61,228 nucleotides of DNA, from NCBI GenBank assembly GCA_050946195.1, contig JBMNUI010000003.1, positions 1 through 61,228 on the forward strand, given 5' to 3'. This DNA is from Eubacteriales bacterium (GTDB lineage: Bacteria > Bacillota > Clostridia > Oscillospirales > CAG-272). A program made the position numbers and the translations under genes. The notes below the pieces were generated by a model, which was not told the DNA's origin, ran no database searches, and saw only the letters and a list, made by a program, of their open reading frames with translations. Shown one piece after another: positions 37,036-44,083 of the stretch (positions are counted from its first letter, which is position 1; each line of letters starts with the position of its first letter).

Positions 37036-37169
37036 TATATTAACCTCCGTGATTTATTCCACAAATCAATCAACGCCGTATAAACCACATAACGTGCATG
37101 TTATTTTAACACAAACCTATAATAAATGCAATAGCAAAATGAAAAATAATGAAAGAAGAGCGAAGAATC

Positions 37170-37198
37170 TTGACATCCCGGAAGCTTTATGATAATAT
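37170..37198 (+). promoter_or_regulatory. Sigma-A promoter of tRNA-Ser
   Basis: TTGACA, a 17-nt spacer, then TAATAT. Confidence 0.65.
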
Positions 37199-37242
37199 AA
37201 TGAGGCCGGCAGACGGTTTTACCGAAGGTCGGCAAAAGACAC

Positions 37243-37331
37243 GGAGGAATAGCGAAGTGGTCATAACGCGGCGGTCTTGAAAACCGTTTGAGAGCAATCT
37301 CACGGGGGTTCGAATCCCTCTTCCTCCGCCA
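37243..37331 (+). tRNA. tRNA-Ser (TGA anticodon)
   Basis: GGAGGAA/TTCCTCC acceptor, anticodon loop CT-TGA-AA, long variable arm TGAGAGCAATCTCACG, GGTTCGAATCC T-loop, encoded CCA. Confidence 0.93.
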
Positions 37332-37335
37332 TGAA

Positions 37336-37362
37336 GCTGTCGCAGTTTGCGGCAGCCTTTTT
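37336..37362 (+). terminator. Rho-independent terminator after tRNA-Ser
   Basis: GCTGTCGCA-gtt-TGCGGCAGC followed by CTTTTT. Confidence 0.7.
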
Positions 37363-37402
37363 ATATCCAGCAGGGAGCGTCAATCCGATAACCGCCCCTT
37401 TT

Positions 37403-38233
37403 TCAGCATGATTTCAGGAATTCAATGGCCTCGAGTATATTCCCGCCGCATTTTTCAAGTGCCTCGCGGGCAAGTTCTGCATCAACCCCAGTTTCATGGC
37501 TGATTATCCGGGCGGCACGGTCAAGAAGCTTGCGGTTTGTCGGCTTCATGCAGACCATCATGTTGTGCCAGACCCTGCCGAGCTTTATCATGACCCCGGT
37601 TGATATCATGTTGAGCACCATCTTCTGCGCGGTGCCGGCCTTCATCCTGGTCGAGCCGGCGATAACCTCGGGACCTGTGAGAGGGGTTATCGCAATATCC
37701 GCAAGCGCCGCCGAGCGAGCCCCCTCGCTGCAGCAGAGGGCAACCGTGAGCGCCCCGAGACTCTTTGCATATTTTATGGCGCTGACAACATACTCGGCAC
37801 TCCCGCTTGCCGATATCCCGAAGCAGACGTCAGCCGCCGAAAATCCGATGCTCATGAGGTCCGAGACCGCCGCCTCCCCGTTGTCCTCGGCCCCCTCTGC
37901 AGCCCTGAACATAGCCTCGCGCCTCCCGGCAATCAGCCCCTGAATCAGCCCGGGGGAAACCCCGTATGTCGGAGGGCACTCGGCCGCATCCAACACGCCG
38001 AGCCGGCCCGAGGTCCCGGCACCTATATAAATAAGCCTCCCGCCCACCGCGAGCCGGGCTGCAATCTCGTCAACGGCTTTGGCGACACTGTCAAGAACCT
38101 GCGAAACCGCCCCGGCTACAGTTTTGTCTTCCTCGTTTATGAGCCTGACAATTTCCGCCGACGACATTTTATCGATATTATAGCTTATTTCATTAACTGC
38201 CTCGGTCAGAAGGCTTTTGTAATCATACGACAT
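37403..38233 (-). CDS. murQ: N-acetylmuramic acid 6-phosphate etherase
   Basis: ORF 37403..38314. SIS-domain motif YIGAGTSGRLGVLDAAECPPTYG. Start at the ATG at 38233 after GGAGGG. Confidence 0.88.
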   Translation of the reverse strand: MSYDYKSLLTEAVNEISYNIDKMSSAEIVRLINEEDKTVAGAVSQVLDSVAKAVDEIAARLAVGGRLIYIGAGTSGRLGVLDAAECPPTYGVSPGLIQGLIAGRREAMFRAAEGAEDNGEAAVSDLMSIGFSAADVCFGISASGSAEYVVSAIKYAKSLGALTVALCCSEGARSAALADIAITPLTGPEVIAGSTRMKAGTAQKMVLNMISTGVMIKLGRVWHNMMVCMKPTNRKLLDRAARIISHETGVDAELAREALEKCGGNILEAIEFLKSC

Positions 38234-38250
38234 AATGCCCTCCGGGGAGC

Positions 38251-38868
38251 TTAAAATTCTATATCCTCGCCGATTCCCGCCAGAATACATTTGCGCAGGT
38301 GCGCAAGCTCGCACATCACCCGCGTTTTGCGGTATTCATCCTTGAACCACTCGTCGGGGGTGTCAAAAGGCGGCCGCGCAGGCACCGCGTGAATAATGTA
38401 ATGATCCGGCAGATAGTATCTTGCCAGCATCATGCTCCGCATTATATGAAATGCCGAGGTCACTATAGATATGACTTTTATGTTTTCATCTCCCAGGCGG
38501 CGCTCTATGAGTTCCGCGCCGCAGGTCATATTTTCCTTTGTGGTAGTGGCCTGGTTTTCCTTTATGATTGCCTCCTCGGGAACCCCCCTGCGGACAAGAT
38601 AAATGCTCATCTGGTCGGCTTCGCTGAGATGTCCGAGCGGCGAATCCCATAACACGCCTCCTGTCGGCATGATAAATCTTGTTTTGCCCTCGTGATATAT
38701 TTTCGCCGCCTTGTCAGCCCTCGGCTCACATTCCACCGGGCGGCCGCCGAGCAGCAGCACAAGGTCGGATTTTCCGTCGTATTCCTCGACGCCGCCGTAC
38801 ACTATTCGTGTTATTTCGTCAATTGACAGGTTTTGAAAGTCTTTTACGTCCACTTTAGAGAGATACAT
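38251..38868 (-). CDS. YdcF/DUF218 (ElyC/SanA-like) family protein
   Basis: LVLLLGGRP...IVTSAFHIMRS pattern of DUF218. Confidence 0.75.
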   Translation of the reverse strand: MYLSKVDVKDFQNLSIDEITRIVYGGVEEYDGKSDLVLLLGGRPVECEPRADKAAKIYHEGKTRFIMPTGGVLWDSPLGHLSEADQMSIYLVRRGVPEEAIIKENQATTTKENMTCGAELIERRLGDENIKVISIVTSAFHIMRSMMLARYYLPDHYIIHAVPARPPFDTPDEWFKDEYRKTRVMCELAHLRKCILAGIGEDIEF

Positions 38869-38961
38869 TATAACCTTCTTACTCCTTTGCTTTTATGTTG
38901 ACAGAACGCGATAAATCCATTAAATTATAACGATATTTATTCTATAATTAAAAAGCAGGGT

Positions 38962-40245
38962 ATGACAATGTTGAAAACCATTTCCTTCCCCTACGGGCAC
39001 AAGACAAAACAGCTTACTGTGAGCGAAGAATACATAAACGCTGTTCTTCAGTCGAAAATTCACGATTTTCGCCCCGCCGCCCCCGAGGTCGAGTTGGTAC
39101 GGGAGGCACTCAAAAACCCGATTGACTCACCGCGCCTCTCGGAACTCTCCCGCGGGAAAAACAAGGTGGTCATAATTGCCAGCGACCACACCCGACCGGT
39201 GCCAAGCAAGGTAATCATCCCCCCGATGCTCGAGGAAATACGCGCAGGTAATCCGCATGCCGAGATTACCATCCTGATTTCCACCGGCTGCCACAGGGAA
39301 ACGACCCGGGAGGAGCTTGTCCGGAAATTCGGCGAGGAAATCGTTGAGCGCGAGAGAATAGTAATACACGACTGCGACGACACGGCAAATCTTACAGATA
39401 TCGGCAGGCTGCCTTCTGGGGGCAGGTGTATCATCAACCGGCTGGCATATGAGGCCGACCTGCTTGTCGCCGAAGGGTTTATAGAGCCGCATTTCTTCGC
39501 CGGCTTCTCGGGCGGGCGCAAGAGCGTTCTCCCGGGCACTGCGGCGCGCAAAACCGTGCTGGCAAACCACTGCTCGGAGTTTATAAACTCCAAATTTGCC
39601 CGCACCGGAAACCTTGAGAACAACCCCATTCACGCAGACATGCTCTGGGCGGCAAAGCAAGCCGGGCTTGCCTTTATCGTCAATGTGGTGATTAACTCAA
39701 AAAAAGAAGTCATTTACGCCGTCGCCGGCAACACCGAAACCGCCCACCTTGCCGGGTGCAGGTTTTTGTCGGGTCTTTGTCGGGTGGAGCCGGTATTCTC
39801 GGACATCGTCATCTCCTCAAACGGCGGGTATCCGCTCGACCAGAATATCTATCAGGCGGTCAAGGGCATGACGGCCGCCGAGGCTACGGTAAACGAGGGC
39901 GGGGTTATAATAATGCTGGCAGAATCCGAGGACGGGCACGGCGGAGAGGATTTTTATCACCAGCTGGCCGATGAGCCTGATATTCTGAAAACCGAAGCCA
40001 AGTTTTTAAGCCGCGGCCGGGAGGAAACCGTTCCCGACCAGTGGCAGTCTCAGATACTTATCCGGATCTTAAAGCGGGCACGGGTAATATACATTTCAGA
40101 CGCTCCCGACGACATGGTGCGCGCCATGCACATGATACCTGCTCACTCGATTGAAGAAGCGCTCGACATGGCCCGGCGCATCCTGGGCAATCCCCATGCT
40201 AAAATCACGGCAATCCCCGACGGGGTGTCTGTTATAGTCGGCTGA
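38962..40245 (+). CDS. larA: Nickel-pincer-dependent lactate racemase homolog (LarA family, DUF2088)
   Basis: Motifs IIASDHTRPVP and HFFAGFSGGRKSVLPG (NPN-binding Lys region). 427 aa. Confidence 0.85.
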   Translation: MTMLKTISFPYGHKTKQLTVSEEYINAVLQSKIHDFRPAAPEVELVREALKNPIDSPRLSELSRGKNKVVIIASDHTRPVPSKVIIPPMLEEIRAGNPHAEITILISTGCHRETTREELVRKFGEEIVERERIVIHDCDDTANLTDIGRLPSGGRCIINRLAYEADLLVAEGFIEPHFFAGFSGGRKSVLPGTAARKTVLANHCSEFINSKFARTGNLENNPIHADMLWAAKQAGLAFIVNVVINSKKEVIYAVAGNTETAHLAGCRFLSGLCRVEPVFSDIVISSNGGYPLDQNIYQAVKGMTAAEATVNEGGVIIMLAESEDGHGGEDFYHQLADEPDILKTEAKFLSRGREETVPDQWQSQILIRILKRARVIYISDAPDDMVRAMHMIPAHSIEEALDMARRILGNPHAKITAIPDGVSVIVG

Positions 40246-40300
40246 CCTTCATGCAGCGCCATACCCCCGGTCGGTGTGGCGCCGTTTTTTTGTCCGCCTC

Positions 40301-40699
40301 TCAGCCTTCAATTATCTTCACATAAAATTCCCTGTCCCTCGGCCCGTCAAATTCGCAGAAGTATATTCCCTGCCAGGTGCCGAGCATAAGCCTCCTGTCG
40401 CGGATTATAACGGTGCAGGAGGAACCCATAAGTGAAGCCTTTATATGGGCGTGTGAATTCCCTTCTATGTGAAGATACTCCCCCTCGGCGGGAAATGCCT
40501 TGTTCAGTGCATAAATCATGTCGCGCACGACATCGGGGTCGGCGTTTTCATTTATCGTTACCCCGGCGGTTGTGTGGGGTACATATATTACGGCGATGCC
40601 GTTTTCAACATTGCTGCTTCTGACCTCGTCGGCAACCCTCTGGGTTATGTTGATGAACTGCTGGGGTTTTGTGGTCTGAATTCTGTGACGCATTGTCAA
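40301..40699 (-). CDS. YjbQ/UPF0047 family protein (secondary thiamine-phosphate synthase)
   Basis: VYVPHTTAGVTINENADPDV...NSHAHIKASL is typical of UPF0047. Confidence 0.85.
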   Translation of the reverse strand: MTMRHRIQTTKPQQFINITQRVADEVRSSNVENGIAVIYVPHTTAGVTINENADPDVVRDMIYALNKAFPAEGEYLHIEGNSHAHIKASLMGSSCTVIIRDRRLMLGTWQGIYFCEFDGPRDREFYVKIIEG

Positions 40700-40726
40700 C
40701 CCTCCTTTCGCTTGTAGTCCGGCAAA

Positions 40727-41098
40727 TTACAGTTTCGCGCCGCAATAGGGACAGTAACTAAACTCTGCCGGCACTTCAGCCCTGCAACTCGGACAATGCC
40801 CGAAGGGGGAATAGCCGTCGACAGACCGTAGGTCTTCTTTTCTGATTTCGGTGCCGGAATTCTTCTCAAACTCCCTGCCGAGGGCGCCGTTAAGCTCGTA
40901 GATGCGGCCGCAGCATGAGGTTCTTACAAAATACCTGACATTCCACCTTGCAAGCGGTATAAAAAACACATGAAAATACCTGTACGACTTGCGGACCTCA
41001 TATCCTGTCGCCATCCCGCAGGAGGGACATACGCCGTCTTTGTATGTCCCCAAATGTTTGTCTTTGTCCTCTATTCCGAAAAAAGCTATGAAAAACAT
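40727..41098 (-). CDS. Zinc-ribbon domain membrane protein, probably leaderless
   Basis: ORF 40727..41257. The conserved-looking part begins MFFIAFFGIEDKDK...CPSCG...SCCGRIYEL...CPSCRAEVPAEFSYCPYCGAKL. The ATG at 41098 sits 7 nt after a consensus -10. Confidence 0.6.
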   Translation of the reverse strand: MFFIAFFGIEDKDKHLGTYKDGVCPSCGMATGYEVRKSYRYFHVFFIPLARWNVRYFVRTSCCGRIYELNGALGREFEKNSGTEIRKEDLRSVDGYSPFGHCPSCRAEVPAEFSYCPYCGAKL

Positions 41099-41104
41099 AA
41101 GTAT

Positions 41105-41133
41105 ATTATACCTGCCGAGTCGCTTTATTTCAA
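41105..41133 (-). promoter_or_regulatory. Sigma-A promoter placing the transcription start at or near the ATG at 41098
   Basis: Minus strand reads TTGAAA, a 17-nt spacer, TATAAT, then ATACTT-ATG. No SD sequence. Confidence 0.55.
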
Positions 41134-41303
41134 TATCTTTCCCGATATAATAAGAAATAACCCGAATACAGTCATCCCAAAATACTCCAGACCGAATCTG
41201 ACCGGCGGTCCGCCGGTCAGATTCTTCAGCGGTGGTTTTTAGCTTTGCATAAGCCACTGGCGGTATTTAATTAAAACAATAATGAATAAAATTTTGACAC
41301 CTC

Positions 41304-41331
41304 TTGACATGACATCTTCATGTTGTATAAT
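41304..41331 (+). promoter_or_regulatory. Sigma-A promoter of the permease-PRTase operon
   Basis: TTGACA, a 16-nt spacer, then TATAAT preceded by TGTTG. About 35-nt leader with AAGGAGGA. Confidence 0.75.
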
Positions 41332-41372
41332 GTATATCGTAGACATCCAGTTTTTCAAGGAGGAAAAAACAC

Positions 41373-42518
41373 ATGGAGTTCTTCAGTAATCTCGTCCCGT
41401 TCATTCTGGCGGTAGTGGCTGTAATTATCAACGGCGTACCCCAGCTCCTCTATGCCCAAGCCCGCGGATTTGCTTTAAAGCCCGCAGGATTTGCTTTCCT
41501 CATCGGTGGTTTTGGCAACCTGTTTACCGGTTCGGTGACCCCGATTTCGGCTCAGGCCGAGACAATCACCGTGGCGAGCGTCAAGAAAAACGCAAGAGAT
41601 AATGTCAGCGCCATTCTTCTTGCGGCGATTCTCATGACTATACTCGCCGCCTTCGGCGGAATCACCAAAATCTCGGACTTTGCGGGCGTGGCGGTAGTCT
41701 CGGGCATGATGAGCGGCGTCGGCCTGATTCTTGCCAGCGTATCACTGGACATGTTCAATCAGGAAAAGCGCACCGCGCTGATTTCGATTATTACTGCCAT
41801 CGCTGCCTATGCCATCTTTTTCAACAGCCCCAACAAGGTCGTATGGACAATCTTTATCTCGGTTGTTGTGTCCACCGCCGACTTTTTACTCCTGCAGAAA
41901 CGCAGAGTAAATATATCCGCCTCGGTTGAAGAGGGACGGGATTACTTGCAGTCAAGCAACGAATGGCGCTTTTGGAAAAAGGAATACTGGTCTGAATTCA
42001 AGCTTATCAAACCGAGAGTTAACTTAAATGTTATTCTGGGCGCCCTGAGCCTGGTTATGCTCAACATCGGCGCGAACATTTCGTTTGGCGGCATTACCGC
42101 GAGCATTGCCGGCACCACGCAGAATTACGACCATCTCTCGTTCATAAACTCGCTGGCCGACTTCCCCAGCGCCCTGTTCGGCGGCCCGCCGATTGAAGCC
42201 ATCATTTCGGGTACCGCCGGCGCTCCCTGGCCGGTTGCCTGCGGCATAGCATTTATGTTAGCAATGGGTATTTTAATCCTCCTCGGAGTAATCGGCCGGC
42301 TGGGCAGGTACCTTCCGAGCCAGAGCATTGCAGGCTTTTTGCTTGTCATCGGCTTTGCCCTCACCTTTGCCCCCAACCTGAGCACGGTGGCAAGTTCCGA
42401 GAATCCGATGAGCGGATATATTGCCCTCGGCGTCACGGCCTGGTCCAAGAACCCGTTTATCGGCATGGTGGTGGGGATTCTGGTTCGCTATCTCGGTTCA
42501 TATGTCGGTTTGGTTTAA
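41373..42518 (+). CDS. Integral membrane permease of unassigned family (about 10-11 TM)
   Basis: 381-aa hydrophobic ORF with a strong RBS. Co-operonic with a phosphoribosyltransferase. Confidence 0.7.
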   Translation: MEFFSNLVPFILAVVAVIINGVPQLLYAQARGFALKPAGFAFLIGGFGNLFTGSVTPISAQAETITVASVKKNARDNVSAILLAAILMTILAAFGGITKISDFAGVAVVSGMMSGVGLILASVSLDMFNQEKRTALISIITAIAAYAIFFNSPNKVVWTIFISVVVSTADFLLLQKRRVNISASVEEGRDYLQSSNEWRFWKKEYWSEFKLIKPRVNLNVILGALSLVMLNIGANISFGGITASIAGTTQNYDHLSFINSLADFPSALFGGPPIEAIISGTAGAPWPVACGIAFMLAMGILILLGVIGRLGRYLPSQSIAGFLLVIGFALTFAPNLSTVASSENPMSGYIALGVTAWSKNPFIGMVVGILVRYLGSYVGLV

Positions 42519-42545
42519 TAAATCTGATACTACCTGAAGAAAGAA

Positions 42546-43139
42546 ATGATGAACATGCAAAACTCCAAATGGCCTTCTGTCTGGAAAATACGCATTGACG
42601 AAGAGCTTGAAATCGAACTGCCGCTGGTTGAGATTGGAAACGGCTTTTATATCTATTCCTTTGACATGACCGGCGAATCAAAATGGAACAGGCACGCGGC
42701 GGCGGCGCTGAAAAAAAAGCTGGCAGAATACAGCTTTGACGGCTTTGTCACGGTGCAGACCAAATCCTCGGGCCTCTCCCAGGAGATGGCGCGGGATATG
42801 GACTGCTATCTTGAGCTGCGCAAGTCCCGCAAGTCCTTTATGCGCGACCCCAGGCATATAACCTATGAGTCGATCACGACTCAGGGCAAGCAGGAGCTTT
42901 GGGTCGGCCGGGAGAAATACGAGCGCTTTGTGGGAAAGCGGCTTTGCTTTATCGACGACGTGGTGTCAACCGGCGGCACGGTCGATGCGGTCCTTGGCAT
43001 GGCTAAGGAAATCGGGTTTGAGGTATCGGTGATTGCCTGTGTCCTCACCGAAGGCGACGAGCGCACAGATTACAAGGGCATCCCGCTGGTCTCGCTCGGG
43101 CTCATTCCCCTGCCCGGCACGATTGCAAATAACGAATAG
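42546..43139 (+). CDS. Phosphoribosyltransferase family protein (type I PRTase)
   Basis: PRPP-binding motif RLCFIDDVVSTGGT. Confidence 0.8.
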   Translation: MMNMQNSKWPSVWKIRIDEELEIELPLVEIGNGFYIYSFDMTGESKWNRHAAAALKKKLAEYSFDGFVTVQTKSSGLSQEMARDMDCYLELRKSRKSFMRDPRHITYESITTQGKQELWVGREKYERFVGKRLCFIDDVVSTGGTVDAVLGMAKEIGFEVSVIACVLTEGDERTDYKGIPLVSLGLIPLPGTIANNE

Positions 43140-43147
43140 TCAAAAGA

Positions 43148-43186
43148 AAGCCGGAGGGGAATGAGCTCATTCCCCTCCGGCTTTTT
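43148..43186. terminator. Bidirectional terminator between the PRTase gene and pcm
   Basis: AAGCCGGAGGGGAATGA-GC-TCATTCCCCTCCGGCTT followed by TTT. Confidence 0.8.
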
Positions 43187-43773
43187 CATTCTCCCCAGCC
43201 ATACCGGCCTTTGAGTTCGACAAACCTCACCATCCCGGCGGACTCAACCTGCAACCTGCCGTCAGCTCTCTTTGTAATTACCTGAAGCTCCTGGACATCC
43301 GGCGGACCTATCGGTATCACCATCCTGCCGCCGGGGGCAAGCTGACCCATAAGCTCGTCGGGCACCACGCGCGCCGCGGCCGTGACCATAATCCTGTCAT
43401 ACGGGGCGTGCTCTACCCATCCCAGACTCCCGTCGCCTACCTTATAAAAAATGTTAGTGAAATTCATTGAATTAAGCCTTTCTTTGGCTTTCTGTGATAA
43501 TTTCGCAATTCTCTCAACAGTGAAAACCTTCCCTGACATTTTGGCGAGCAGGGCCGTCTGAAATCCCGAGCCTGTCCCTATCTCGATTACCTTGCTGTCA
43601 TGCTCGGGGGCAAGCAGCTTTGTCATCTCGAGCACAAGGCTCGGCTGTGAGATTGTCTGCCCGAAGCCTATAGGCAGCGGCGAGTCATAAGCCGCATACT
43701 CCTTCATGTCATTCTCAAGGAAAAACGAACGGTCAAGCGACCGAAAATATGCTTCAAGTTCCCGATAGTCCAC
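43186..43773 (-). CDS. pcm: Protein-L-isoaspartate O-methyltransferase
   Basis: Motifs GQTISQPS and VIEIGTGSGFQTALLA. Confidence 0.9.
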   Translation of the reverse strand: MDYRELEAYFRSLDRSFFLENDMKEYAAYDSPLPIGFGQTISQPSLVLEMTKLLAPEHDSKVIEIGTGSGFQTALLAKMSGKVFTVERIAKLSQKAKERLNSMNFTNIFYKVGDGSLGWVEHAPYDRIMVTAAARVVPDELMGQLAPGGRMVIPIGPPDVQELQVITKRADGRLQVESAGMVRFVELKGRYGWGE

Positions 43774-43847
43774 TTCCCATCACCTCACCTGCATTATGTT
43801 CGTATATTTCATTATAATGACCGCAAGTATTTTTAGCTTGCTCAGGG

Positions 43848-44046
43848 TTGACAAAAAGCATGCGGCGGTGTATTATTAGGATTTAAGCAACAACAGTAAG
43901 AGGAACACAAAGCATAACACAAGGAATTTTTCGGTCGCCCATCTGGCAAGCCGGCCGGTTACAAATCAAATGAAGGCTGTCATTAATTCACTTGTCGGCT
44001 AAGTGCAACAAGACAAAGGCACCGGTACCAGTGCCTTGTCTTGTTG
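43848..44046 (+). ncRNA. Candidate small RNA (orphan promoter plus long hairpin, about 165 nt)
   Basis: TTGACA (43848), a 17-nt spacer, TATTAT (43871). A ~16-bp hairpin CAACAAGACAAAGGCAC-CGGTAC-CAGTGCCTTGTCTTGTTG (44006..44046) is followed by TTAT. No plausible ORF. Confidence 0.3.
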
Positions 44047-44083
44047 TTATGAAACTGACCGGCAAACCGCCGTCAGTACTTAT

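Noticed and set aside
41258-41372. Possible purine or other riboswitch ahead of the permease-PRTase operon.
   Set aside because: The consensus promoter at 41304..41331 leaves only a ~35-nt leader, which is too short for any known riboswitch aptamer.
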